Shown: one piece after another, positions 49,301-58,817 of the stretch | Layout of the letters: the number at the start of each line of letters is the position of its first letter | Numbering within the stretch: position 1 is the first letter of the stretch | Source of the DNA: Planctomycetota bacterium | Lineage (GTDB): Bacteria > Planctomycetota > PLA2 > JAEUHO01 | Assembly (NCBI GenBank): GCA_965223505.1 | Contig: CBDCWP010000041.1 | Span: 33,800 to 97,799 of the forward strand | DNA length: 64,000 nucleotides | Direction of reading: 5' to 3' | Position numbers and translations under genes: made by a program | The notes under the pieces: generated by a model | The model's database searches: none | Told to the model about the DNA's origin: nothing | Seen by the model: the letters and a program-made list of their open reading frames with translations, nothing else

Positions 49301-49341
49301 CTTGGCAGCACGCCCTGCCGATTCGCGAGGAGACGCACTGA
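46333..49341 (+). CDS. purL: FGAM synthase PurL with N-terminal PurS-like domains
   Basis: 'WSEHCKHK', 'KVETHNHPSAIEPYGGA', 'TGRDGIHGATFSS', 'DCGAGG', 'ISEAQERM', 'ISGKDS'. Confidence 0.97.
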   Translation: MDTVPPSASPRKPSGRGRQRKRAQIVYRLEIGVRPDLLDPAGLEAGANLTDAGLPDVADVRVVRTFFLRGPKIYFKPQDALIAAREVLCDPVQDDFVVDGNLRLRPDAGSAATGKPRIVTVIRKAGVTNPEAQSANIALRGVGLNVEEVQTARTYAVWTRASTAKVLAAARRALGNDVIEDVVPGRIEDYRFPSPKPARAKRRTVKLRGLAGPALEMLSAKMGLSLTRLEMETIQAHFKQLRREPTDVELETLAQTWSEHCKHKTLAGAVRMRDEDGERRYENLLKQTVFEATKRLNKPWCWSVFVDNAGVIDFDGEDGVCMKVETHNHPSAIEPYGGAGTGIGGVIRDILGTGLGARPVANTDIFCFGDPSLDNADVPKGAMHPLRLLKGVVSGVRDYGNRMGIPTVNGAILFDPRYVGNPVVYAGCVGLIPRKDVHKAARPGDLVVAFGGRTGRDGIHGATFSSVELHAESETVSSGAVQIGDPITEKKVLDVLLQGRDMGLFTAVTDCGAGGFSSAVGEMGEETGADVDLSAAPLKYEGLDAFEVWISEAQERMVAAIPPKKWPKFRLLCESENVEAVVLGSFTSDRRLKVRHGKTLLADLDMGFMHDGLPRIEREAVFVASTEREPKLRARKRYDKDLLGLLSMPQIGSKEWVIRQYDHEVQAGAVVRPLSGPNHGPADAAVLAPKLGSKRGIVLSNGINPAYGDIDPYAMAMCVVDEAMRNAVAVGADPARVAILDNFTWGNCSRPETLGTIVRAAEGCRDAALLFKTPFISGKDSLNNEFRTSDGTLIVVPPTLLVSAVGVIADVRKTCTLDLKRAGNRIYVIGETHDECGGGHWYRMRGKLGRNVPAVRKDALKTMKCVSQLVRRGWVRAAHDPSEGGLAVAAAEMAFASNFGMHLDLSRVPATTKDNAKLLFSESASRFLLEVAPEQREHVEAALRKAGVAFANAGRVTRDPVIRITGRADVDGRSRKVDLVDVKTEKARTAWQHALPIREETH

Positions 49342-50234
49342 TGCCCAGGACCGCCGTGAAGAAGCGCTCGACGAAGAAGAGACAGACGGCGCCGAAGAAG
49401 CGCGCGCGGAAGCCGAGGAAGACCGCGACAAAGACGCCGCGCATCCTGGTGCTGCGCGCGCCCGGTACGAACTGCGACCGCGAGACCGCGTTCGCCTTCG
49501 AGGCCGCGGGCGCCGAGGCGCAGGGGCTTCACGTCAACGCGCTGTTGTCGCGACCGAAGCTGCTTCGCGACGCGCACGGCCTGGCGATTCCGGGCGGGTT
49601 CTCGTACGGCGACGACCTGGGGGCCGGAACGGTGCTCGGCACGACGCTGCGCGTGCGACTGCGCGACGCGATTCGCGAGCTCGTGGATCGCGGCGGCATC
49701 GTGCTCGGCATCTGCAACGGGTTCCAGGTGCTGGTGAAGACGGGACTGCTGCCCGGCCTGGACGGCGACGCGCTCGCGGCGGGAGAGAGCCCGCGGCGAA
49801 CGGCGTCGCTCGCATCGAACGTCCAGAACCGCTACGAGGACCGCTGGGTCACGCTCGAAGCCGTGAGCGGCAAGAGCGTGTTCTTCCGGAAGGGCGACGT
49901 GATCCAGTGCCCGATCGCGCACGCCGAGGGGCGCTTCCTGCCGAAGGACGAGGCGGAGCTCGAGCGGATCAGGGCCGAGGACCAGATCGCCTTGCGGTAC
50001 GTCGCGCCCGACGGGACGCGGCCGGCGCCGTTTCCGTACAACCCCAACGGCTCGACGGACGACATCGCGGGGATCTGCGACTGGACGGGCCGCATCCTGG
50101 GGTTGATGCCGCATCCCGAGCGCAATCAATTCCCGTGGCAGTCGCCGAAGTTCCACGCGGGCAACGCGCCGAAGCGGCCCGAAGGCATGATTCCGTTCCG
50201 GAATGCGGTGAGGTACCTCAAGCGGCTGGTCTAG
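49341..50234 (+). CDS. purQ: FGAM synthase glutaminase subunit
   Basis: 'PGTNCD', 'PGGFSYGD', 'GICNGFQ', 'HAEG', 'NPNGS', 'MPHPER'. Confidence 0.97.
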   Translation: MPRTAVKKRSTKKRQTAPKKRARKPRKTATKTPRILVLRAPGTNCDRETAFAFEAAGAEAQGLHVNALLSRPKLLRDAHGLAIPGGFSYGDDLGAGTVLGTTLRVRLRDAIRELVDRGGIVLGICNGFQVLVKTGLLPGLDGDALAAGESPRRTASLASNVQNRYEDRWVTLEAVSGKSVFFRKGDVIQCPIAHAEGRFLPKDEAELERIRAEDQIALRYVAPDGTRPAPFPYNPNGSTDDIAGICDWTGRILGLMPHPERNQFPWQSPKFHAGNAPKRPEGMIPFRNAVRYLKRLV

Positions 50235-50458
50235 GGAGTGCGCTCCGCTCCTGTTCCCGATGTGCCGGTGGGAGCAGCGCGGCCCCTCAACCTCGTGACG
50301 TGCCAGTGGGCAGCCGCTCCGTATCGGCCCTGGTACACGTCCTCGGTTCAAAGTCCGACCGTGCAGCGTTAGCAAGCACCGGTACGATGATCCGGGTCCT
50401 CGACGGTGCGATTACCGGCGCTTTGAAGACCGGCGAGGACGAGCGCGGGGGTGCGGCG

Positions 50459-52042
50459 ATGATTCGCAAGTCGATTTCGATCCTGGCATTGGTTCTGTTG
50501 GGCGCAGCGACGACGGTCGAAGCCAACGACCGGCTGACACCGGGTGGAGGCCCCGGCGCACAACCAGGCGGCGCCGCGGGACGCGTCGCACCGGGTGCCG
50601 GACGATCCGGCGCCGGCAAGACGCCTCAGGAGCTCTTGAAGGAACGCCGCGCGCGCGCCAAGTCCGAAAGCAAGCGCGGCGCTCGCACGGAAGAGGCCGG
50701 CGGCAACGAACCGATCGAGCGTCGCGCGCAGCCGCGCGACGGCAGCCTCGTCGGCCTCCAGGAGCAGCGCGTTCGCTTCGTCGCGGATCTCGCGCGCGTG
50801 GACCTGACGCTCTCGATCGAGAACGTCGGCATGAGCCCGCTCGAGTGGCGACAGACGTACGCCATGGATCCGATGGCGGAGGTAGTGGGCGCCGTGCTCG
50901 TGCGCGCCGACATGCCGCCCGTCGAGTGCCGTACGTTGACCATCGAAGACGCGCGTCGCATCTACGACGAAGCGCGCATGCCGCGTCGTGATCGGCCGCG
51001 TCGCGCGCCCACCCGTCCGCGCTCGCCCGCCGACGACGGAACGGAGCTGCGCGATCCCCTTCGGCTGGAGCGCGTGGCGCGCGGGCAGCTCGAGATCATC
51101 GTGTGGCCCGTCGCGCCGAAGGAGACGGTGCAGGTCGCGCTTACGTTCGTCGCGCCGCTTCGGGGCAAGGGCCAGCTGCGCACGTTCGTCGATCCGCTCG
51201 GCGGTGACGGACCGCGCCGTCTCGCGCAGCCGAGCCGACCGCAGCCTCCGCGCTCGTCGGACGAGCTGCTCGTCACCGACAGCGCGGTTTGGAACGTCGA
51301 CCCGCGCGGCTTGATTCTCGACGCGGACCCGCACGGCATGTCGCTCGAGGGCGAAGGCGACGACGGCGTCCTGCGCTTCGTGGGCGTCAAGGGCACGAAC
51401 GAGCAGTCGGAGCGTCCCAGCGCCGCTTTCCTCATCCCGGGCGAGCTGCCGGGCGCGATCGCCGTGAAGAGCGGGACCTTCGGCGGCCGACTGGCCACGT
51501 GGCGATTCGATCCGGCGGCGTTTCGGCGGGACCACGACATCCGGAGCGGCGCCGCGCTGCGCCTCGTCGATCGCAAGGGCACATCACGCCTCGCGCCGAA
51601 CGTGTTCGCGATGGACGGCGACGCCCTTCCGGTGACGGCACGCGTGAAGAGCGCCGCCAAGCGGTTCGCATACGCCGTCCAGGTGCTGGACGCGTCCGGT
51701 CGAGTCCTGAGTGAGCACGAGACGTCGATGGCGATCCTGCGCCACAAGTACGACCGCGAGCTCGAGGGCACGATCAGCGGATGGCACCGCGCCGCGATGG
51801 TGCAGCGTGTCTTCGGCTGGGCCGGCGAAGACGAGGCGAAGCAGGCGCGGGCGGTTCGCTACGCGGTGGACGTGGGCGTGCTCGTGCCGGGCACGGCGGC
51901 GCTTGCGGTGCCGCCGAAGGAGCGGCGTCGCTTGAGCGCGGTGTCGCGCCGCCTGTACTTCCAGGACGGCGCGCCGTTGGGTGCGCAGCGGCGCGAGGCC
52001 GACATGACGGCGCCCCCCGAAGGCGCGATGACGATCAAGTAG
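50459..52042 (+). CDS. Secreted protein with divergent VIT-like domain
   Basis: Signal peptide. 'ARRIYDE...RDPLRLE...VWPV' parallels 'ARRIYQS...RDPGLLE...VFPI' of the 5985-8258 protein. Confidence 0.7.
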   Translation: MIRKSISILALVLLGAATTVEANDRLTPGGGPGAQPGGAAGRVAPGAGRSGAGKTPQELLKERRARAKSESKRGARTEEAGGNEPIERRAQPRDGSLVGLQEQRVRFVADLARVDLTLSIENVGMSPLEWRQTYAMDPMAEVVGAVLVRADMPPVECRTLTIEDARRIYDEARMPRRDRPRRAPTRPRSPADDGTELRDPLRLERVARGQLEIIVWPVAPKETVQVALTFVAPLRGKGQLRTFVDPLGGDGPRRLAQPSRPQPPRSSDELLVTDSAVWNVDPRGLILDADPHGMSLEGEGDDGVLRFVGVKGTNEQSERPSAAFLIPGELPGAIAVKSGTFGGRLATWRFDPAAFRRDHDIRSGAALRLVDRKGTSRLAPNVFAMDGDALPVTARVKSAAKRFAYAVQVLDASGRVLSEHETSMAILRHKYDRELEGTISGWHRAAMVQRVFGWAGEDEAKQARAVRYAVDVGVLVPGTAALAVPPKERRRLSAVSRRLYFQDGAPLGAQRREADMTAPPEGAMTIK

Positions 52043-52106
52043 GGAGCGCTGCTCGAGAGAGATGGCGTCCGAGCACGCGTTCCCCCACAGTCGGCCGCCT
52101 CCCTGC

Positions 52107-52487
52107 CTACCTGTCCTCTTCGACAGGCACGGGATCGCCCACCGGTGTCCACCCGACCTCGGGCCGTCGCGGCGGCCACGAGAACGGCGGGCGCTTCGCC
52201 GACGCGACCGGCTGCGCCTGCGGCGCGGGCACCACGCTCTCCGGCATGCTGCTCGGATGCGGTGACACGGTCACCGGGTACGTGGCCGGCCGAACCCAGT
52301 AGCCGTCGGCGTTGGTCGCGTACGGCGTCGACAGTGCCGGCCCCGGCTGTGTCGGCGCGGTCGCCGCGCCGAGCGGCTCCGGTCCCTGGCTCGTTCGCGC
52401 GTCGCGCTGCGCGCTCGTCGTTCGACACCCGCCCGAAACCGCCATCACACAGACGACGGCGACTGCGGCCCACCAACACTGTTTCAT
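52107..52487 (-). CDS. Small Pro-rich putative lipoprotein
   Basis: 'MKQCWWAAVAVVCVMAVSGGC' lipobox-like signal followed by a Pro-rich mature part. Confidence 0.55.
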   Translation of the reverse strand: MKQCWWAAVAVVCVMAVSGGCRTTSAQRDARTSQGPEPLGAATAPTQPGPALSTPYATNADGYWVRPATYPVTVSPHPSSMPESVVPAPQAQPVASAKRPPFSWPPRRPEVGWTPVGDPVPVEEDR

Positions 52488-52567
52488 CACGATCTGCGCT
52501 CCCGCCGACACGGCTGCAGCATAGGACTCAGCCGAGTCGCTGGCAAACGGACCCGTGCGCGGACGCC

Positions 52568-53431
52568 TTACGCAGGTTTGCGCGCCGTGACGATGCGCTC
52601 GATGCCGCCGAGGTCCGTGACGGTCTCGATCGACGCGTAGCCGACCTGCGAGAGCGCCTCCCGTAGCGACGGTGCGGCGCCCGCCCCGACCTCGAGCGCC
52701 AGGAATCCGCCCGGCGCCAGTGCCTCCAGCGCCTGGGTCGCGATGCGCAGGGCGGTCTCGATCGGGTCGTCGCCCCAAACGTACAGCGCCTGATCCGGCT
52801 CGTGCTCGCGCACGCCGCGCTCGACGGTGGGATCGCCTCTCACGATGTACGGCGGGTTCGAGACCACGGCATCGAAGACCCCGAACGCCCCATCACCCCG
52901 AAGGGGCGCCAGCAGGTCGCCGGCGTGAAGGGCCAGCCGGTCCGCGACCTGGTGCCGCTCGGCGTTCGCGCGGGCGACCTCGAGGGCGGCCGCCGACACG
53001 TCCACCGCGTGGCCGCGCGCGTCCTCGCACGCGTGGAGGACGGCCACGGCCACGCAGCCGGACCCCGTACCGACGTCCACGAACGTGGGCGCGTCCGACA
53101 CGGCCGCAAGCGCCTCGATCGCGACCTCGACCAGGTGCTCCGTCTCCGGCCGCGGGACGAGCACGCGCTCGTCCACCTCGAACGTCAGCGAGTAGAACTC
53201 GCGCTCCCCCACCAGGTACGCGACCGGCCGGTGATCCCCCCGCCCGCGAACCAGCTCGCGGATCGCCGACAGCTCCTCGTCGTCGAGCGGGCGGTCGAAC
53301 TGCAGATAGAGGTCGAGCCGGCCAACACCGAGGGCGTGCGCCATCAACAGCTCCGCGTCCAGACGCGGCGAGTCGACGTCACGCTTGGTCAGCCACTCCG
53401 TCGAGCGCTTCAGGACGTCGAGGACGGTCAG
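52568..53431 (-). CDS. prmC: Release factor glutamine methyltransferase (HemK); probable CTG start
   Basis: 'SPRLDAELL', 'PVAYLVGEREFY', 'VLVPRPETE', 'DVGTGSG', 'SNPPY'. Confidence 0.95.
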   Translation of the reverse strand: MTVLDVLKRSTEWLTKRDVDSPRLDAELLMAHALGVGRLDLYLQFDRPLDDEELSAIRELVRGRGDHRPVAYLVGEREFYSLTFEVDERVLVPRPETEHLVEVAIEALAAVSDAPTFVDVGTGSGCVAVAVLHACEDARGHAVDVSAAALEVARANAERHQVADRLALHAGDLLAPLRGDGAFGVFDAVVSNPPYIVRGDPTVERGVREHEPDQALYVWGDDPIETALRIATQALEALAPGGFLALEVGAGAAPSLREALSQVGYASIETVTDLGGIERIVTARKPA

Positions 53432-54126
53432 CGCCGGCGACGTCCGCCACCACCCTGCTCGGCCTTCACGGCCTTCGCTTGCTGGTGTCCGCTCATCAAG
53501 CCCTTGAGGATCAGGATGACGACGAGCGCGCCGCCGATGGTCAACAGCCAGTAGCCCGGCCCGATGGTCGACATGGGCACCATCGCGTCGTCGAGCGCGG
53601 TCTTCTCCAGGCCCTCGGTGTTCTCGAGGTAGTCCTTGGCCGCTTCCCATTGCGCGGAGCCGATGCCCTTGGTGATCCCGCCGATGCCGACCCACAGCGC
53701 GATCAACGCGTTGAGGACGTACGGCCAGACCTTCATCTGTCGGCCGATGAGGTAGAAGACGAAGTTCCAGAAGCCGTACAGCGCGAGCGCGAAGATGAAC
53801 GCGCCGCGCGTCGAGTCCAGGCCGTTCATGACGCCCGGACCGCCGTGCTCCATCCAGGAAGCGCCGCGGGTCCACGCGACGAGCGCCCCGGTGAAGAACA
53901 GGCAGTTCGCGAACAGGAACGCGAAAATCTCCTTGTGCAGCAGGTGCCAGGACGCGCGCGCGCGCATCTGGTCCTCTTCCGCTTCGGCCAGCAGGGCGCC
54001 GGCGTCGATCTCGGCGCCTTCGCCGAACTCTTCTTCGAACGCGGCTTCCTCAGCGTGGTCGTCGGCCATCGCCCCGTCGTCGCCGCTCTCGTCCACCAGG
54101 TCGTCGCCGTTGGGTTCGTCGGTCAT
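53428..54126 (-). CDS. Hypothetical multi-TM membrane protein with acidic N-terminus
   Basis: GGAGG RBS, Asp/Glu-rich first ~50 aa, about four hydrophobic helices, strong coding bias. Confidence 0.8.
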   Translation of the reverse strand: MTDEPNGDDLVDESGDDGAMADDHAEEAAFEEEFGEGAEIDAGALLAEAEEDQMRARASWHLLHKEIFAFLFANCLFFTGALVAWTRGASWMEHGGPGVMNGLDSTRGAFIFALALYGFWNFVFYLIGRQMKVWPYVLNALIALWVGIGGITKGIGSAQWEAAKDYLENTEGLEKTALDDAMVPMSTIGPGYWLLTIGGALVVILILKGLMSGHQQAKAVKAEQGGGGRRRR

Positions 54127-54335
54127 GGCGCTGGAGTCCTCCCTGTCTGCATCGGTCGCGGAATCCTACGGGAATCCGGGAGCAACCGCCAATCCGGGAA
54201 CGGTCCGGCGCCATGGAGGTTCAACCCGACTTCGGGGCCCCCGGACAGCCGCGTCCGGGGCCGGCTCGCAGGGGTTCGATTGCGCGTGCGCGGTCGTCCG
54301 TTCCCCTACCGGGGTCCTCCCGAGAGACCGCGCCC

Positions 54336-55418
<1,083 letters not shown>

Positions 55419-55491
55419 GGCTTCGTGTCCTCGGTTCAGCGTTCGGCGAACCGTCTGAAGCTACGCTGCGATTCGCGCGACGCGGCGACTT

Positions 55492-55827
55492 CTATTCGGC
55501 GTCGTCCTTCGCGGGCTCGTCGGCGCTCTGCTCGGCCGCGGCCGGCGCCGGTGCGGGCTCCGCCTTCTTCTTCTGCTTCCGGCCGTAGTTGCTGCCGTAC
55601 TTGCTGCGGAACTTGTCGATGCGGCCGGCGGTGTCCACGAAGCGCTGCTTGCCCGTGTAGAAGGGGTGCGACGCCGAGGAAATGTCGAGGCGGATGACGT
55701 AGTGCTCCACGCCGCCGATCTCGCGCGTCTCCTTGCTCGTCATGGTCGAGCGCGAGACGAACTCGAACTCCGCGCCGATGTCCACGAACACGACGGGGTG
55801 GTACTTGGGATGGATGCCGTCCTGCAT
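55492..55827 (-). CDS. rpmE: 50S ribosomal protein L31, type B (no Zn cysteines)
   Basis: '[11 protein letters not shown]', '[26 protein letters not shown]'. Confidence 0.96.
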   Translation of the reverse strand: MQDGIHPKYHPVVFVDIGAEFEFVSRSTMTSKETREIGGVEHYVIRLDISSASHPFYTGKQRFVDTAGRIDKFRSKYGSNYGRKQKKKAEPAPAPAAAEQSADEPAKDDAE

Positions 55828-55963
55828 GACTGCGCCTCGAATGGCCCTTTGGGTCTGAAATCCGGGCCGAAGGCGGCGACTGTATACCGGCCTCGCCGGG
55901 AGGCAAAGCTGAGCCCTAGGTGCGGATCGTGCAGTCCCGGCGCGGCCGGCTTGCAGGGCTGGA

Positions 55964-56518
55964 TCACTTCCCGGAGGGCGCGCCCTCGGCGGGGGCCTCG
56001 ACTGGGGCCTTCGCGGGCGCCGCCGAGGAGGTTCTCGCCGGGCTCTTCGGGGGCGCGTACTGCTCCGGCAGAGCCGGCTCGGGGGTGCTCCAGCGGCCGC
56101 GGCCGTCCAGGCTCATGAGAACCCGAAACGTCTCGTCGCCGCCGACGATGATCGCCAGCTCCAGCCAGTCGAGGCGCGTCGCGCTCACCAGCTGCTGCAC
56201 CTCCGTGGCGATCGCGAGGGCCATGGCGCGCAGACCGCCGCGCTTCGTCAGTACCTCCCGGGTGGGCTCGACCTCCACCACGACGCCGCTGGTGTCCTTG
56301 TCGCGGTTCAAACGGATCTCGTTGGCCCCTCCGCGGGACGAGCGTGTGAAGACCTTGCTGTCCGGCTCGATCAGCCGGCGCACCGTCAAGGCCGCCGCCA
56401 GCTCTTTGCCGACTCTGAGGTCTCGCTCCATCGGCCCGAGCAGCGTGTTCGCGGCCATCAGCATGGCGCTGAAGGCGATCAGTAGGACGAACAGCACGAC
56501 GACGCTGGACTTGCGCAT
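55964..56518 (-). CDS. Hypothetical protein with N-terminal TM/signal
   Basis: Hydrophobic N-terminus, co-oriented in the gene run, coding-like bias. Confidence 0.7.
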   Translation of the reverse strand: MRKSSVVVLFVLLIAFSAMLMAANTLLGPMERDLRVGKELAAALTVRRLIEPDSKVFTRSSRGGANEIRLNRDKDTSGVVVEVEPTREVLTKRGGLRAMALAIATEVQQLVSATRLDWLELAIIVGGDETFRVLMSLDGRGRWSTPEPALPEQYAPPKSPARTSSAAPAKAPVEAPAEGAPSGK

Positions 56519-56601
56519 GGGGACCCAACCAAAGCCTAACTGAAGACGTCAGCCGGCTTACCCCACCTATCGGCCCGTTCCGGGGGCTCTCCTGAGCGCC
56601 G

Positions 56602-57180
56602 TCAGACGCTGCCGTGCTCGTCGAGCAGATAACGGACGAGACGGATCGGCAGGCCTACGACGTTGTCCCGGTCGCCCTCGATCGCGGCCACGAAGCCCGA
56701 TGCGCCGCCCTGGATGGCGTACGCGCCGGCCTTGTCGAGCGGCTCCCCCGTGGCGACGTACGCATCGATCTCTTCGTCCGACAGCTCTCGAAACGTCACC
56801 CACGTCGTGTCGGCTACGACGGTTCGAGAGCTGCGCCCTTCGGTCTTGCTGACGAGCGCGACGCCGGTGCAAACGCCGTGGGTGCGGCCCGACAAGGAGC
56901 GCAGCATGCGCACTGCGTGGGCGGAATCCGAAGGCTTGCCCAACACATCCGCTTCGCGAAACACGAGGGTGTCCGCCGCGAGGACGACGTCCCCCGGGCA
57001 CTGATCGATCACGGCGTCGGCCTTGCGCCTTGCGAGCAACCTGACCGCGTCCTCGGGCGTGGTCCAGGCCGGGAAGGACTCGTCGACATCGGGGAACGGG
57101 CCGAGCTCGAACTCGATGCCCGCCGCGTGCAGCAGGTCCGCGCGTCGCGGGCTGCGGCTCGCAAGTCGAAGACGAGGCAA
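56602..57180 (-). CDS. maf: Maf nucleoside triphosphate pyrophosphatase
   Basis: 'LASRSPRR', 'DVDES', 'AADT', 'LGKP', 'DKAGAYAIQG', 'NVVGLP'. Confidence 0.95.
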   Translation of the reverse strand: MPRLRLASRSPRRADLLHAAGIEFELGPFPDVDESFPAWTTPEDAVRLLARRKADAVIDQCPGDVVLAADTLVFREADVLGKPSDSAHAVRMLRSLSGRTHGVCTGVALVSKTEGRSSRTVVADTTWVTFRELSDEEIDAYVATGEPLDKAGAYAIQGGASGFVAAIEGDRDNVVGLPIRLVRYLLDEHGSV

Positions 57181-57183
57181 GCG

Positions 57184-58422
57184 CTACTTCCGGCGCTTCT
57201 TCTTCGCCGCCTTCTTCTTGGCCTTCTTCTTCGCCGCCTTCTTCTTCGCCTTCTTCTTGGCCGGCGCGCGCTTCTTGGTCGCGGCCTTGCGCTTGGCGGG
57301 CTTCTTCTTGGCCGACTTCTTGCGCGCGGCCATTGCCTTCTTCTTGGCGGCGGCCTTCTTCTTCGCGAGCGCAGCCTTCTTCTTGGCGGCGGCCTTCTTC
57401 TTCGCGATGGCCTTCTTCTTGGCGGCGGCCTTCTTCTTTGCCATCGCCTTCTTCTTGGCGGCGGCCTTCTTCTTCTTGATGGCCATGGCCTTCTTCTTCG
57501 CGATGGCGGCGGCCTTGCGCTTCTTCGCCATCTCGACCCGCTTCTTCGCGGCCTCGGCCTTCTTGCGGGCCGCCTCTTCGCGGCGGCGCTTCATCTCTTC
57601 CTGGCGGCGGGCCTTCTCCTCCGCGCGCTCGCGCTTGATGCGCTCGCGCTCCTCGGCCTTGCGCCGGCGCTCCTCTTCGAGCTTGCGCTCGCGCTCTTCG
57701 GCCTTGCGGCGCGCTTCCTCGCGCTTGCGCTCTGCCTCGCGAATCGCGATCTCCTTGGCCTTGACGCGGATCAGGAGCTTGCCGAACGGGTGGTTCGGAT
57801 CGAGGTCGTCCTCCATGAACTTGGAGGTCATCCCCATGAGCCACGTGAACCGCATTCGGTCGGCGGGCTTCACCTTCTTCTCGACGGCGATGCGAACGCG
57901 CTCGGGCGTCTTGCTGCGCGGCAGCATACCGAGCCGATCGAGCAGGTGTTCCTCCTGCGGACCGAACGCCAGGCGCTTTTCGCCGAGCGCGAGCTGGAAG
58001 ACGACGGCGGCGGGACCGCCGGGGATGTTCGGCAGGTCCTTCAAGAACGCGCGCTGATCTTCCGGTGTACGGCCGCGCAGCGGCTCGAGATCGAGTCCGT
58101 GCGAACCGTCCCAGACGTCCTGCAACGACATGCGCAGCTTGTCGGCCGCTTCACGGCGCTTCGCCGCGGGAACGAAGCGCTCGAGCAGCTTCTCGATTTC
58201 GCTGAGGGGGCTGACCCGCACCTCGTTGAAGTCGAGAACCTGCCCGGAGATGTACCGGATCGCGCCGCGCGCCTTGTCGGCCGACGTGTAGAGCCCGAGC
58301 ACACAGACCATCAGGTGGTCGATCAGGGGATCGTCGATGCGCTCGGCGAAGACGGGCTCGCCGTGCATCTTGTCGAGGATCTTGAGCACCTCGTCGATCG
58401 AGGGCTTCTTCACAGCGGCCAT
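57184..58422 (-). CDS. EndoIII/HhH-like domain + coiled coil + histone-H1-like Lys/Ala tail
   Basis: N-terminal 'DPLIDHL...DFNEVRVS..SEI...LDLEPL...FLKDLPNI...VFQLALG', an EKR-rich helix, and over 100 aa of KKKAxA repeats. Confidence 0.75.
   Translation of the reverse strand: MAAVKKPSIDEVLKILDKMHGEPVFAERIDDPLIDHLMVCVLGLYTSADKARGAIRYISGQVLDFNEVRVSPLSEIEKLLERFVPAAKRREAADKLRMSLQDVWDGSHGLDLEPLRGRTPEDQRAFLKDLPNIPGGPAAVVFQLALGEKRLAFGPQEEHLLDRLGMLPRSKTPERVRIAVEKKVKPADRMRFTWLMGMTSKFMEDDLDPNHPFGKLLIRVKAKEIAIREAERKREEARRKAEERERKLEEERRRKAEERERIKRERAEEKARRQEEMKRRREEAARKKAEAAKKRVEMAKKRKAAAIAKKKAMAIKKKKAAAKKKAMAKKKAAAKKKAIAKKKAAAKKKAALAKKKAAAKKKAMAARKKSAKKKPAKRKAATKKRAPAKKKAKKKAAKKKAKKKAAKKKRRK
57187..57560 (-). 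repeat. Coding tandem repeats (18/36-bp period) encoding KKKAAA/KKKAMA
   Basis: Repeated 'ttcttcttggcggcggcc' on the plus strand. Confidence 0.85.
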
Positions 58423-58444
58423 GCAGCAGCTCCGGTAGCGTTCG

Positions 58445-58741
58445 CTAGGTCGACTTCTTTTCGCGACCCGTACGGCGGCGCTTGGGCTTCGCGACGACGA
58501 CACCGCGCTTGCGCAGGAAGCTGCGGACGGTGTCCGAGACCTGCGCGCCCTGGCCGATCCAGTGCTGGATCCGGTCGACGTCGAGCGTGACCTTCTGCTC
58601 TTCATCCTCGATCAACGGGTCGTAGTGACCCAGGTACTCGATCGGCGTCCCGTCGCGCCGGGTGCGCTGGTCGAAGACCCCCACGCGGAAGTGCGCGCGG
58701 TTGCGGCGCCCCTGGCGGGACAAGCGAATCACTGTTGCCAT
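58445..58741 (-). CDS. rpsP: 30S ribosomal protein S16
   Basis: 'VIRLSRQGRRNRAHFRV...RRDG..IEYLGHYDP', 'WIGQGAQVSDTV'. Confidence 0.96.
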   Translation of the reverse strand: MATVIRLSRQGRRNRAHFRVGVFDQRTRRDGTPIEYLGHYDPLIEDEEQKVTLDVDRIQHWIGQGAQVSDTVRSFLRKRGVVVAKPKRRRTGREKKST

Positions 58742-58817
58742 CGATGCGTTCCCTTCATTCGGGGCCGTGCGCCCCAAAGAATCGCGAGCCCGGAAGTGTA
58801 GGCCGGGCTCGGAAAAC

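Noticed and set aside
46165-49431. Very long antisense or alternate-frame ORFs (also 1654-3822, 9357-11546, 12385-14337, 21062-23791 and others)
   Set aside because: They are shadows of real genes: high GC3 removes stop codons on the opposite strand, and the translations lack motifs.
54200-54300. GGTTCGA/GGTTCAA motifs suggesting a tRNA (e.g. selC)
   Set aside because: No T-stem, acceptor stem or UCA anticodon arm can be built.
57023-58057. Plus-strand 'FFFAAFFLA' hydrophobic ORF
   Set aside because: It is the exact antisense of the Lys/Ala repeat gene (AAG becomes CTT/TTC), not a membrane protein.
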